From Balanoglossus misakiensis (lineage: Eukaryota > Animalia > Hemichordata), in NCBI GenBank assembly GCA_040954595.2, contig CM082580.2, positions 2,098,783-2,162,782 of the forward strand: a stretch of DNA of 64,000 nt. Reading direction: 5' to 3'. The position numbers were made by a program, and so were the translations under genes. Shown in pieces: positions 1 through 14,270 of the stretch. The notes beneath the pieces are model-generated. The model was not told the origin of the DNA. It ran no database searches and worked only from the letters and a program-made list of their open reading frames with translations. The number at the start of each line of letters is the position of its first letter. Positions within the stretch are counted from its first letter, which is position 1.

Positions 1-297
1 CGTTGTCAACACAAATGCCAGCATTCAAAAGGGGAGTGCCACCTGCTGAAATCAACTCATCTGCTGTGGGCCCGTTTACCTGTGGCAACTGTTCAGAGGA
101 GACAACGTTTATTCCTAGCAAGCCACCACGCAATGTTGGGGTCTACCTGTCAACACAGATGCCAGCATTCATGTGAGTGAGAACCATGCTAAAATCTGAA
201 TACTTTCTTCAATTTCAAGACAGAATTATTTATAAAATTATAAAAATTTAAGTGTATTATATATATATCATGAGTGATTTACTTAATTATTTATATA

Positions 298-915
298 TTA
301 TAAGGTTATTCACAAAATACCGGGATTTATGTCCAAGTACATCGTGCAGCGCAGGTATTGTCCGAGACGCGCAGCGTCGAGGACAATACCGAAGCGTACG
401 ATGTACGAGGACATAAATCCCGGTATTTTGTGAATAACCTTATTATTATACACCTTTTCCGGACGTCCTTGATGAACGATAAAGAATAAATAGGCCGCTA
501 TCGGACTTTCTAGTTTTCAGACGCCGCCATGAGATAATTTGCATATCGAACGCGCCTTGACCTCGCGCATCAGGTGATGCTAGTGTCGAACTGCCGATGT
601 CTCGCGCGACGTTCTACGCTGCTTGCGCTGAACGTGCTCGCCTGTTCAGCGTGGATTTTGACTTATTTCGCATCTTGGGTCACCAATAATTTTGTTTAAT
701 AACGGCTGTGTACTTTTTATATAAATTTTTGTCAGAGTAGGGTTAATATCATTGTTTACATTGATCACCGGTCCTGTGAGGTCAAAGTCACAATGCATCC
801 AATAACCCTGTGGGTTATGGGACTCCGCGTCCTCATTTGAATAATTATTGTACGGTGATACCGCGAATTATTGTATCACGGAACTCCATAGGTTACAGCA
901 GTAGGTGTATAATAA
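298..915 (+). mobile_element. Non-autonomous asymmetric hairpin element (Crypton-like architecture) inserted in the left TIR
   Basis: Hairpin arms 301-334 / 409-442 (TAAGGTTATTCACAAAATACCGGGATTTATGTCC), adjacent IR TTATTATACACCT (~442-454) / AGGTGTATAATAA (903-915). Absent from the homologous position of the right TIR. Confidence 0.75.
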
Positions 916-2339
916 AATTAATTATTTGTAAATAATTTAAGTGCAAGTCTATTATTTACATATAATGAATTACTCGCATAATTATTTATAAATAATGTAT
1001 TATATATAAATAAGTGATTTCTAAACCGTGACAAAATGCACTCATTATTTGCTGCTCTTCATGATTTACGCCTGTTCACACAACCCCTTACATTTGGATC
1101 ATTACGCACACATATAGTCCCCACACGTGAACAAGAAATGCATATTTCGTGCCGTCATTTCATTTTTATTATGCTCCTTTCAAAGGTTAGATGAAACACC
1201 GAAAAAGGTATAAACTAGACAGTGATTTTAGCCCGTGATTTCAATGTTTGATTGAAACGCGAAAAGCTGATCGAAAGCTCCACATTGTGGCCCCCGAGGT
1301 CAAAGGTTGGCCGGTCATTGGGGTCACGCATCACAAGAGCATTATAAATTCAAACTTTGTATAATAATTCACGAAATTTAAGGATTATAATATTACAGGG
1401 CAACGTTATATGTTTTATAATCATAACATACAATTACATTTTCAGTAGAGATATTTGTCTGAGATGCTTAGTTATTGTCGTTATTGGCGTAACATAGCTG
1501 TGCAGCAAAACAGTGAACACAACACATGCCTACACTGCACTGGAACTTGTAAGCGAGAATAATGGATGAAAGGCAACGTGGTACCTCTGATCGCGATCGG
1601 GGATCCGATTTAGCTGCAATAGTCAACCAAGCCGTGTTAACAGCTTTGCAAAGTACTAACTGTAGTGGCACTTCTTCAAGATTTAACTCGGCGACTGATG
1701 GCCAACCGGCAATGCTTCTGTCCACCAAACTCGGCTACTCCAGTTCCGGCCCCTGAAGAAGCAGTTCCATCACAAACACCCAGAAGCGCTAGGGTTGAGA
1801 GATTAATATCATCCCATCGTCGGGCACGTCAGTCACCCTCCTTACTTGACAGTGACGACGATAGGCTGATTTTGTCCCTTCCCAGGTAAGTTCACCAAAT
1901 GCATGTGAATGAATTAAGGTATCTATGCATGAAACCAAGACTTCAAATCTGCTCTTCTTCCTGTGACATTGATTATAGACAAACTGCCACTGATCAGTCT
2001 ATTAGTATTACCAAGTGTCAACTTTGCGAGAAAAAAAAACCGACAAACTTTTTTTAGATTTCAGGACACACTTTGAAGGAACAATACACCAGGAAACATC
2101 AGCACAAATTTCAGTCAAATCCGCGAACTACTTATCGACTTATACATATAATTTAGCAGGGATGTTTCTTGCTATGATTGGATGAAGGATTATGCATCAC
2201 TTCATGTGAAAATGGTGCTTATGCAAATTAGGTCTAAAACATGGTTTTTGGTAAAATAAATCAGTTACTCATGAATGAAGTACTGGGCCGAATTCGCTAA
2301 AATTTGCCAGGGATGTTTCTTGCTATGAATGGATGAAGG

Positions 2340-3606
2340 TGTCACCCACTCCCACGCGGGTGGGGGGTCCAAACACAGGGAGCGGGTCAGAAACTCCTAT
2401 CTATTCCAAAGGGCGTGAATCCGTAGGCACAGCGTTGAATTCCTCTGCATGAGCCTACCACCGAGTCGTATCTCCAAAGCAACACGTGACACACCAGGAT
2501 ATTATAATGTAATGAAATAACTTTAATGTAGAAAAACAAAAGTAGTCCACGTACACTGGACTCCAGAGGGCGCCGTGCACCAAAATACCCCTGTACTTAT
2601 CCCCCAGAAAAGATGAACAGATCTGTTTCTGTGACGTCTTCTATAACACTATCTTAGCAAACTACATCGATGTAAACTCTATAAGATTCTATGCAAATAA
2701 CCCCATGATGAATATTTGAGTAAAGAGTTGTCCAAATATCATCCAATGTTTCAAGTCTCTGTTTCCCAACCCCTGTTGTACTTGCCCAAAGTGATGAACG
2801 CTCGTCGCTCGCGGTGGAAGACGTTGCCTCGACGTTCCGCGTCTGTATGTAGCGATGACGTCAGCACTCCAGAAAATTCCACAGCCACTCCACTGTCTCC
2901 AGCACACTTGCTGTCCACTTGACCTCCGTGCGACTCCCAGAGTCCTCCAGCACACTTGCTGTCCAGCTGCCCTCCGTGCGACTCCTAGTCTCGGTTACCC
3001 AGACGCCCCTGCTTCCTCTGACGCTCTCCAAAAGAGGGTCCGGGGAAACGCCACGAGGCTATGCGACTCCCAGAGTCAGAACGAGGCTATGCGACTCCCA
3101 GAGTCCGGAAAACCACTGCGACCCACAGGAATGTCTATTCTTCCTGTCACCGCACTGCTGGGTGTCTCCCACGCACGATTGAGAAGTGTTGACCTTTCAG
3201 TCAGTCGACATCCGCAACTTTCGGACCGTTTTCGATGACTTCAACAACTCCATCAACTGGTGCGTCCGCCATAAACGAATCTCTCTCCTCGTGTCCTGTC
3301 AAACCCACGCCCAAAAAAAGTAGTAAAAAACCCCCTAGCTCGCTAATAACTCAATACGTCACATGACATCTTTCCAGTAAAATTACCTCAAATAACACTT
3401 TATGCATCACGTCTATCGCTAGATACGTTTTCTTTTACACAAATATGAATTTGTAAACACATGAAACATATGAAGGTTACCAAAAACACATCACAGATCG
3501 AACATTTCCATCAATACTCCCTAGCAACCATAATATACTCTCCAACATCTCATGAGGGCGCCAGACTGGTAAAGTCCAAACACTACAAAATTTGGATCTG
3601 GCCACA
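2340..3606 (-). repeat. 3' LTR
   Basis: TGTCACCCAC...TGGCCACA; matches 10602-11868 apart from one C/T difference I could see near the start. Confidence 0.97.
2986..3061. mobile_element. 76-bp AcademH-type mini-element inside the LTR (second copy 11248-11323)
   Basis: TAGTCTCG...CGAGGCTA flanked by 9-bp TSD TGCGACTCC. First ~66 bp align without gaps to the left end of the MITE at 59616. The preceding 48-bp LTR repeat unit shows the empty site. Confidence 0.85.
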
Positions 3607-3620
3607 TCCTCCCCCCCTCT
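3607..3620 (-). promoter_or_regulatory. Polypurine tract
   Basis: TCCTCCCCCCCTCT on +, all purine on -, abutting the 3' LTR. Confidence 0.9.
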
Positions 3621-4206
3621 AAGAAAGGTTGTCCCAACCGACAAATATAATTTTCCCATGAAAAATTCCCATACAAAATCCTATACTCAATAAAGAATAC
3701 AAATCTGAAAAGTTTGTCATGCTTTCAGCCTCAACCTTGTGCTTCACCTTCACTATGAGTGTTTTACCACTTCAGCTCCAGCTCACACAGACCATGTGCT
3801 TCAGCAGACTCCCTTTTCTTTTCCTACACCAATCAAGCAGGCTCTACATGCTATACATATCGGTGCAATCCTTCGACCATCCCTGACTACAACAGGTTGT
3901 ACTTAAACTACAGTACACAGCAATATGATGAGGAAAGACATTTCACTTGGGAGATTTTAAATCTCTCCTCAACCCAATAAATTGGATGAGGGCTCTCCAT
4001 ACATCACAAGCTCTCATTCCAACACACACGCTGCTAATTCCAATGACAATGCGCCACGCATCAAACACCATGTAAACTTACCCATGTAAACAAGACCAAA
4101 TATTTTATCCCATGTCTAAGCTAATAAGGGGTCTCATGACTTACCTTCCAACATTCACAAATGTGGTATGGTTCATGTCTCCTCCAAATTCAGCTTACCA
4201 AAATTA

Positions 4207-7200
4207 CTAATTCTTAACTACTATCACTTCCTGCAGTTCACAGCCATCCAACCTCAACTCAGGTTGTCTCTGATTCAATTTCATACCTACCTTGGTATCA
4301 CTGCAGTTCATTCTCGGTCGAACATCTTCCAACTGTGCACAGACCATCTGCAAAGTTTTCCGAAGTTCATCCACCACGGACAGTACAAGTCCTACATCCT
4401 GAAACTGAAAATTGTCCCTCTGCATACAAACCTGTGAGAGATTCAATTTATCCGGTGCTCTCCGTATACGTGTAGATCTCCTAGGCAACACTGGTGACAT
4501 AGCAGTATCTACCTCCTCTGACTCGTCCATCTCAGGTTCCTCCCTGGTATCCTCTTCCTCAGGTTCACCAACATCGGGATCATCATCATCATCCACCACG
4601 TTTTCCAATACACCATCTTCCCTCTGAACTGGCTCAATCACTGTAGAATCCATTTCTTCTATCTGTGTAGACCATTCAGAATCATCCCTCGCTTCCGTCT
4701 GTCCAGTGTCTGTCACATCAATTATTTCTTCTGGCTCAATTCTTCCTGATTTCTCTTTCTTCGAACTCTCCCCAGCCATACTTCGTCCTGACCTCTGAGG
4801 TTTCCAAACAAAATCTATCGGATCCTGCTCCTCCTCAGATTCTTCGTCCGTGACATCAACATCTTTCGTCCTCCAAGTTCGCACACCAATTTTCTCCTTC
4901 GGTACCTTATTCCTCTCCGACATCCGCATAGGTCTATCAGGATATGGCATAGGCAACGTATAACAAGGCAACAACAGGTTCCTATGAAGAACACGGTTCC
5001 TTCCAATTCCTGTCTCCGATTCGACCTCATACACAGGCACATCTGGGTTAACCTTTCTCACAACACGATACGGGCACTTCTCCCAGCGATCAGCAATTTT
5101 ATGCTTTCCTCTCAGATTCACATTCCTAACCAGTACTCTGTCTCCAGGTTCCAAAATCGATTCTCTAGCTTTCAAGTCGTAGCGACGTTTGCTATCCAAT
5201 GCACTCTTGCTAGCCTCCTTCGATGCCAATTCATACGCTGTCTTCAATCGCTGACGTAGATCACTGGCATAATCATCCGGTGTACTTCCCGTGGAATCTT
5301 CAGGCTGAATCCCCAGATACACATCTACAGGCAATTTCGGGTGTCGACCGTACATGAGAAAATATGGCGAATACCCCGTGCTATCGTTCCTAGTGCAGTT
5401 GTAGGCATGAACTACTGGTGCTACATAGGTTTTCCAATCACATTTCTTCTCTTCTGGCAACGTTCCAAGCATATCAATGAGAGTTTTGTTAAAACGTTCA
5501 CATTGCCCATTGCCTTGGGGGTGGTAAGGTGTCGTTCGTGTCTTCTCCACTCCAGTAATCTGACATAGTCGCTTTATCACACTAGACTCAAAATTCCGTC
5601 CCTGGTCTGAGTGTATACGACTCGGGAAACCATAATGTACCATGAAATCTTTCCAAAGGTGATCGGCAGTCGTCGTGGCCTTCTGATCCTTTGTGGGAAT
5701 AGCAACCGCATACCGGGTAAAGTGATCTGTGATTACTAATATGTCCCGATATCCTCCCTTTGATGGTTCTAGCTGTAGATAATCCATGCACACCAACTCC
5801 AATGGCTGTGATGTACGGATACTCACCAGTGGTACTTTTCCTCTTCCTTCCGCAGTCATCTTCCGGCGCGTACATCTCTCACACGTGCGGATCTTGGTCT
5901 GTACATCTCTGCTCATTTGCGGCCAATAAAATCTTGAACGGAGCAGATCAAGGGTTCTCTCCTGGCCCAAATGTCAAACTTCATCGTGCACACCTTCCAA
6001 GGCAGTACCTCTGTATCTCGCAGGGAGCACCAACTGGAATTGTGGGATACCATTCACATCGACTCTCTTCCTGTGTAGAACTCCATATCTGAAACATAGT
6101 CTTTTCCATTCACGCAATCCTTGCCGTACCAGTTTCGTTTCTCCTTTCCTCTCCTCGTCTGATGGGTATCTGTCTCTTTCCTTGTAGAAATACAGTCTCC
6201 CAACCACCGAGTCCTCTAGCTGCAATCTCCTCCATTCTTCCATGCTAACAGACGGCAGTGACCTCTGCTCTGGCAATACAGGAGGGGTGTCCAATGCCAT
6301 GGGAACTGCATCCTCAGTACCTCCTATCGCCTCCACACATGGTGCCTGTTCCACCAAGTATGACTGGCATATCGCCTGAACTCCATCCAGTGACAATGAT
6401 CGAGCGCTGTCTCTCTCATCACACTGTATCCACTCCATGCCGTGCTGTCCTTCCTCACTGTCCATAGTCGAAGTCACCTGTGGCCGACGAGATAAACCAT
6501 CTGCGTCACCATTCTGTCTTCCGGGCCTGTACTGTAACCTAAAGTTATACGCAGACAATGCAGCCAACCAACGATGCCCTGTTGCATCTAACCGTGCTGT
6601 AGTTGTCACATAGGTCAATGGGTTGTTGTCAGTCATCACAACGAACTCATTACCATACAAATACTCATGAAATTTCTCCGTCACGGCCCATTTTAGAGCA
6701 AGGAACTCTAATTTATGTGCCGGATAATTCCGCTCACTGACTGACAAACCACGACTGGCATAAGCGATCACACGCTTGTCCTTACCTTCACCCTGATACA
6801 ATGCCGCTCCCAAGCCTAACGAACTCGCATCCGTATGCAGCTCGAAAGGTTTGGCATAGTTCGCATACGCTAACACTGGCGCTGTCGTCAGCTTCTCGAT
6901 CACTGTGTCGAAAGCAAACTGACATTCCTGTGTCCACACAAACTCAATCAGTCGATCCACAGACTTCCGTGTCTTTCCTTTGGCACGACGACTGACAAAC
7001 CCCACAGTGAGGACATTGAGGGGCCTCACTATCCTGGAAAAACCTTCTACAAACCTCCTGTAGTAACTGGCAAAGCCCAAGAATGACTTGACATCTCGTG
7101 CAGTCTTTGGCACAGGCCAACTCTTCAAAGCCTCAATCTTTGAAGGATCCGTACGCACACCATCCGCTGAAACAACATGACCCAAATACTGCACTTCAGT

Positions 7201-10200
7201 ACGCAAGAACTGACACTTTGATGGTTTAACCTTTAAACCACACACCTGCAACCGATCAAACACTCGTTCCAGACGAATCAGGTGTTCCTCGACAGTGGAT
7301 GAAAACACAATAATATCATCCAGATACACTAGGCACACATTGACATTCAAATCACCAAGGCAACGCTCCATTGTTCTCTGAAAGGTTCCTGGGCTACCAG
7401 TCAATCCCATCGGCATTTTCAGACATTCGAACAAACCTACTGGCGTTACAAATGCCGTCTTCTCAATATCTATGTCCTCCATTCCAATCTGCCAGTAACC
7501 GCTTTTGAGATCGATCGAACTGAAGAATCGGGCTCCATTCAATGCGTCGAGACTCTCCTCAATCCGGGGAATGGCGTATGAATCCCTGATTGTACGGTTA
7601 TTCAGTTTCCTGTAGTCAATACATAGCCGGATGCTCTTGTCTTTCTTTTCCACTAACACAATCGGGGCAGCCCACGGGCTATGGGACTCACGAATCACGC
7701 CACTCTCCATCATACCACGTAAAATCTGTCGAAGTTCTTCATACTTCGCTGGGGGTACTCGACGATATCGTTCCTTGATGGGTGTATCATCCGTCAGTCT
7801 AATCCTATGTTTCTCCAAATCACAGAAGCCAAGGTCATTTTCATGTTTCGAAAACACATCTGTCTTCCGATCAAGCAAATCTTTCAGCTGTTGAAGTTGC
7901 TGTTCATCCACGGGAGATTCCGACAGATCAAACTCTACTCCATGACTAGTGAAACTCTTTGCTGTTCGTTTTCCATCGTTGCTGTGTCCTGTCATCTTTG
8001 TCTTCACCTGAGACATAATCTGGTGATCCTTGGGATGTCCAACCCATGTGAGTGCATGAACTTTTCCTATAACTTCTCCTGGTCTGATTACCAGTGGTTT
8101 CATCGTCTTGTTCTGTATTACTACTGAGACTTTCGATTTCTTCTGCAAACAAGTCATCACGGCAGTCGCTGGACTCGTCGTTATTCTTCCTGAAGACTTC
8201 GGGCTAGGCTCCACCAATACTATGTATTCATCACCAATTGGTCCACGTTTTGCTCTTCCCCATACAGTCATTGCATGTTCCGGTTCGATCGTGACTGGAT
8301 GTTTCAGCATACCACGGACATCACCAATACATCCTGTTTTTCCTATGAACTGTTCTCGAGCTTCCAGACGTTTGCAGACTGATTTCCCAACAGGAGACAT
8401 TCTCATGTATCGAACTTGTTTCATCTTTCGCGCTATGCCTGATTTCCATGGGTAATATCCTAGTAAATTCGTTCCAGCTGTCACCGGTACTTCCAAATTG
8501 TAATCGCTATCTCTCACTATCAATGCTGGGATGATGTATTCCTCCTCAATACCAAATACTGCTTCGCGAAAGGACATCGTCACTTCTACAACTCCCAAGA
8601 ATGGTACATTCTGTCCACCAGCACCAGTTATCGTCAATTCTTCGGTCTCTTCTGTCTGTTGAATCGGCAAATGCGACAAGTACTGCCGATAGTAACTCTC
8701 TCCAATGGTCGTCACCTGTGAGCCTGTATCTATCAAGCAACGGCATTTCTTACCTTCTACCATGACAAAGTCTTCATTGGGTGCGCCAACTATCCGTCCA
8801 ACTGTTCTGGTTTGCATCAATATGGACTTCTTGTCACCATGAGGAAATTTTCTGCTCTGCTCTGATGTCACACGCGATTCTGTTTGCGAGGAAACAACCG
8901 ACTGCGATACAACAGGCTTATGGGGACACTTCCGAGCTATATGACCTTCTTGATCGCAGACGTAACACTTCACGGGGCTTCGCTTGGGTAAAGGACAATC
9001 TTTTGCCTTGTGACCAGCTGCTTTACAGTTGTAACACTGCATCGGTTTTCTCCCTGGACTCGAAGTCGTCTGTGGACAAGAGGCTTCACTGCTTTCGGCT
9101 ACCATTCCAGGTGTACTGTCGTATGTCTTGTCCGTCTTCATGTTTGTAATCTCTTCTTTCATCTGTCTGACTTCTTTGTGAAGTGACTGATTTTCTGTCT
9201 GCATACTCTGTAATTTCTTCAGAACTTCGCCAATACCACTGTCAGATTCTGGACTCATCACTGTAGTCTGGTGGGTATGTCCGGCTGGAACACGTCTGGT
9301 CTTTGGCTTCTCATGGAATTCTTTCAATTCTTGCTCTATACCACGTGCTGTACGAACCAATTCATCAAAAGTAATCAGTTGATCACGCTTGTGGTAAATC
9401 ATACTCTTCAAATTTCCATCGGCTAGTTTTCTCCAGAAAACAGTGCGAAGTGTTTCATCCACTAGCTCCTCACGAATTCCTCCACGTAGTTTCACCTTGT
9501 TAATGGCCAACTGCAAGCGAGAACTGTATGCTGCAATAGTTTCACCATCTTTCTGATCGCTGTCACGATAGAAACTTTCAAGTAACATTGCTCCGGTTTC
9601 AACTTCGCCATAAATGATTTCTAATTTTTCAAGAATGGTATCCAAACTGGCATTGACTCCAAGATGCATGACTGTTAAACCTGCGTCTCCCTTTAATGAA
9701 GCACGTACCGCCTGAACCAACACTTCAGGGGAATAAATGTTGTCAATACGTAAACATTCAACCTCATATTTCCAAAGGTCAAATGCCACATCGCCCTTGC
9801 GAGTTTCATCGCCAGAAAATGTTGACAAACGCGGCCGCTGTAAAAATCCTGCAGGTACACGCATCTGTCTGTTTCCATCCTCATATGACAATCTCATCGT
9901 AGGGGTGCTCGTCATTGGGGATTGACCTGCATTACTCGAAGGGGTAAACTCAGTTCCAAATGGTAGGTATGGTTTTCTAAGCTCATCTGCTCTAGAACTT
10001 ACCTTTTTATCCATCTTTGGGGCAGCTTTCCCATCACTCACCTGTTCAACTTTCACTTTCGGTTCCACTTCTCTCTCTTTCATGGCCCATCTGCCTCTCC
10101 CTCTACCTGTTCTGGCTCTAGCTCCACTACCTCTTCCCAGTGGTAAGGGATGATCACCTTCCTGAAATTCAGACTCCATAACAGTGTTAGGGGTATCAAA

Positions 10201-10239
10201 TTCCTGTTTTGTGGGTGGTGTTTCCATTGCATTCAACAC
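4207..10239 (-). CDS. gag-pol: Gag-Pol polyprotein (PNMA-like Gag, two CCHC knuckles, protease, RT, RNase H, integrase) with one in-frame TGA at 5974-5976
   Basis: CYNCKAAGHKAKDC and CYVCDQEGHIARKC, LIDTGS, YLDD, TDAS, integrase H-H-C-C, MDY, HSDQGRNF, CERFN. ORFs 5974-10239 and 4207-5970 share a frame across GVHDEV*HLG. Confidence 0.96.
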
Positions 10240-10579
10240 ACTGGCGCAATGTTACAGTAACCAGCCTGTACTATCAACACTATTACACAGTACTATCACA
10301 CCACACCGCCCTGGGACAATTTAGTCAAAAGGCAATGGGAACCCAAAATAAATATCCGAAATGACCACAATGATATTTAACTATGTGTAAATTCAGAGAT
10401 GATCACTGCAATGCACCTATAACGTACTACACAATAGAGCTGCCTCGTTCACTAACTATCCTATAAAATGCTATAATATCCTATATCCAGCAAGTGTCAC
10501 AAAAATTACTTCAAAGACGACTCAGTAGCAAACATCCATGCATTTCAACACATGAACAAATGTTTGTACTGTACACAAA

Positions 10580-10597
10580 GCCCCACGTTGGGCGCCA
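10580..10597 (-). promoter_or_regulatory. Primer-binding site, tRNA-Lys type
   Basis: Minus strand TGGCGCCCAACGTGGGGC, 4 nt from the 5' LTR; matches the known tRNA-Lys1,2 PBS. Confidence 0.92.
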
Positions 10598-10601
10598 TTT
10601 C

Positions 10602-11868
10602 TGTCACCCACTCCCATGCGGGTGGGGGGTCCAAACACAGGGAGCGGGTCAGAAACTCCTATCTATTCCAAAGGGCGTGAATCCGTAGGCACAGCGTTGA
10701 ATTCCTCTGCATGAGCCTACCACCGAGTCGTATCTCCAAAGCAACACGTGACACACCAGGATATTATAATGTAATGAAATAACTTTAATGTAGAAAAACA
10801 AAAGTAGTCCACGTACACTGGACTCCAGAGGGCGCCGTGCACCAAAATACCCCTGTACTTATCCCCCAGAAAAGATGAACAGATCTGTTTCTGTGACGTC
10901 TTCTATAACACTATCTTAGCAAACTACATCGATGTAAACTCTATAAGATTCTATGCAAATAACCCCATGATGAATATTTGAGTAAAGAGTTGTCCAAATA
11001 TCATCCAATGTTTCAAGTCTCTGTTTCCCAACCCCTGTTGTACTTGCCCAAAGTGATGAACGCTCGTCGCTCGCGGTGGAAGACGTTGCCTCGACGTTCC
11101 GCGTCTGTATGTAGCGATGACGTCAGCACTCCAGAAAATTCCACAGCCACTCCACTGTCTCCAGCACACTTGCTGTCCACTTGACCTCCGTGCGACTCCC
11201 AGAGTCCTCCAGCACACTTGCTGTCCAGCTGCCCTCCGTGCGACTCCTAGTCTCGGTTACCCAGACGCCCCTGCTTCCTCTGACGCTCTCCAAAAGAGGG
11301 TCCGGGGAAACGCCACGAGGCTATGCGACTCCCAGAGTCAGAACGAGGCTATGCGACTCCCAGAGTCCGGAAAACCACTGCGACCCACAGGAATGTCTAT
11401 TCTTCCTGTCACCGCACTGCTGGGTGTCTCCCACGCACGATTGAGAAGTGTTGACCTTTCAGTCAGTCGACATCCGCAACTTTCGGACCGTTTTCGATGA
11501 CTTCAACAACTCCATCAACTGGTGCGTCCGCCATAAACGAATCTCTCTCCTCGTGTCCTGTCAAACCCACGCCCAAAAAAAGTAGTAAAAAACCCCCTAG
11601 CTCGCTAATAACTCAATACGTCACATGACATCTTTCCAGTAAAATTACCTCAAATAACACTTTATGCATCACGTCTATCGCTAGATACGTTTTCTTTTAC
11701 ACAAATATGAATTTGTAAACACATGAAACATATGAAGGTTACCAAAAACACATCACAGATCGAACATTTCCATCAATACTCCCTAGCAACCATAATATAC
11801 TCTCCAACATCTCATGAGGGCGCCAGACTGGTAAAGTCCAAACACTACAAAATTTGGATCTGGCCACA
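10602..11868 (-). repeat. 5' LTR
   Basis: Direct repeat of 2340-3606. Confidence 0.97.
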
Positions 11869-13247
11869 AAGGTTTAGCATAATATTTTGCGAAATGGTGT
11901 TTATGCAAATTAAGTATATAAACATGGTTTTTGGTCAAAAATCAATAACTCATGAAGTGTTGGCCTCATTTTTTAATTTGATAACATGCATAACAGTTGT
12001 GGTGCAGCGATAACAGTGCTATATTTTCATGTCCAAAGCTATAACTCAGACATGCTTTAACAGAACTCATTCAAAGTTAGTATCGGGACATATAATGTTC
12101 CATGACATGTGAATGTCAATTTTCGACATGATACAATCCAGCATGGTCATCAGTCGACCATTTTGTTTGTAAAGTTTCCATGTGAATAGCCATAACTCTG
12201 ACATGCTGGAACAGATCTGATTCAAAGTTGGTATTAGGACAGTGATCTATAACATACATGTGGATCTCAATTTTCGTCATGATACAATCGAATATGGTCA
12301 TCAGTTGACCATTATTGTTTGTAAATTTTCCATGTCCAGAGCCACAACTCAGTCATTTGTGGACAGATCTCATCCAGAATTGGCATTATGGTAGTGTTAT
12401 GAGACCTGTCATTCAATGTTGGTATTAGGAACTATTAAGGTAATACCCTGGCGGGGCGTGTGCTTAATTAACAAGAACTTGTTATTATCTGTACCTATGC
12501 AAGATGATGCCCAACACTAACCCATAATATATAAGAATTGGTCACAGGCAATTTTGTTATATTAAACTGGGGTCGGCATTAAACAGCTTCAGAACTAGAA
12601 ACTTTGAACAGTACATGTACTTTCTTTTTCTCCGTAAGTTGTGAACACATATCAACTTTACTTTGGAACAGAATTCTTGAAATACTCTTAAATTGTCAAA
12701 ATGATCATGACTTTTATACTGTGACGATATTTCATAGTCGTCCCTGAGAATAAAAGGGTTGATTGATAATATTAAATGATGCTGGACACCAATAGAAAAT
12801 AATGAAATCACAGTTGTAATTTTAACTTGATAAATTGTTTAAAAGTTTTTTTATACCGAATGTACCATATACATTTACAGAGACCAAGACTACCAACATC
12901 GTCATATAGTACACGTTCCAGATGTACTGGTACAACCAGCAGAAACAAGCCAAAAACACTGTCCAAAGATGTTGTTTGCTTGCTGTATACTGCCGTGCCA
13001 ACTATACCGATTCCTCGAGGGGAACGAAGAGGCAAACTAGCACAGTTGGGTTTACTTGGAAAGGTTCAAATAGACAGATCATGGACTGCTCGTCAAGTTC
13101 AAAAGGAAATAACAACTGTTTACAAAGATGCCTTTCTGCTGCAAGATAACCAGCTGCTGGAGTATGAGTATTTAAGGTTTGTATGATTCCTAAAAGTATA
13201 TCTGGCTACAAAAGTACAGTAGAGCAAAACGAAAGTGAACTGATCTT

Positions 13248-14270
13248 GTTAGGTCCCATTGGTATGTACAATGGGACCTTATGGGATCGGTTGCGTCTGT
13301 ATGTATGTATGGATGTATGGATGGATGTATGTCTGTATGTCCGTCCACATCAAAAACTTGAAAACCGTTGCGCGTATGACCTCGATATTTGGTGTGTAGA
13401 TGAAGGCATGGCTGTAGATGGGAGTTTGTTCAAATGAAGTTGTCATTGCCAAAAATATGCAAATTAGCTGGGAAAATGTGAAATTGGTCAAAACTCAAAA
13501 ACTCAACAACCACTGGTCATATTGATTTGAAAATTGGTATGCATGTACCTTATGTCAACCTCATACTGTCCTGTATGTTTTGAGCTAATATTATTGATTT
13601 CTTATTTTTCATGCATTTTTTTTTATTTTTCCATGTTATTGGTAAAAAGTCTTCATTTCTGAAAGTGATGGGCTTACTTCTTTGAAATTTAGTATGAAGC
13701 TTCCTAATGGTTGTCAAATTGTTGCAAAATTTGCATATATATAATTTTGAGCAATATTTGCCATTTTTGGTCAAAAATGTTTTTCTTTAAAACCGCATGC
13801 CAGATTGCTTTGCAATTTGGTTGGCATGTTCGTAGGGGTAACCTAAGTAATATGTTATAAAAAAATGTGATATTTTCATAAATGTGTTATCGGGGAAACT
13901 TTTGCAATTTTGTCAAAAATTGTTTCTCTGAAACCGCTTTTCATATTGCATTGAACTTTGGCAGGCATGTTCCTTGTAGTGATTGAAGTAAGATATTGTA
14001 CAATTTTGGTGATATTTGCATATTTGTGTTTTTGCCACTTTTGAACAAATATTATTTGTGAAACTGCTTATTTGATTGCTTTGAAATTAGTTTTTTCTCT
14101 GATTGCTTTGAAATTTAGGATATAATTTCATAACACATACATGTATATGTGCAACTTTTATTAAATTCTGATATCAGAAATATTCAATATTTAGCGAGTT
14201 TTTTTGTAAGTTTCTTTGTTTTTGGTTAGCAAATCTTCTCCTAAACCAATTGTCCAGTTGTTTTGAAAGT
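13248..14270 (+). mobile_element. Helentron/HINE-like non-autonomous repeat in a HECT intron
   Basis: 5' hairpin AGGTCCCATT..AATGGGACCT followed by a (GTAT/GGAT)n microsatellite and degenerate tandem cores (GATTGCTTTGAAATTT) also seen at 30150-30480. Confidence 0.5.

Larger units (their letters stand above)
2340..11868 (-). mobile_element. Ty3/Gypsy LTR retrotransposon, full length, very recent
   Basis: Two 1267-bp TG...CA LTRs, 4-bp TSD AAGG (2336-2339 / 11869-11872), PBS, PPT and domain order gag-PR-RT-RH-IN. Confidence 0.98.

Noticed and set aside
5-171. 23-bp direct repeat GTCAACACA(A/G)ATGCCAGCATTCA and a possible left terminus of the giant element
   Set aside because: Only two copies at the window edge, and no match to the sequence beyond the right TIR array (51300-51450).
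2689-3238. Short ORFs in the LTRs, duplicated at 10951-11500
   Set aside because: They arise from GC-rich LTR repeats and show no domain signature.
3620-4206. Possible env or extra ORF between integrase and the 3' LTR
   Set aside because: No sizeable minus-strand ORF.
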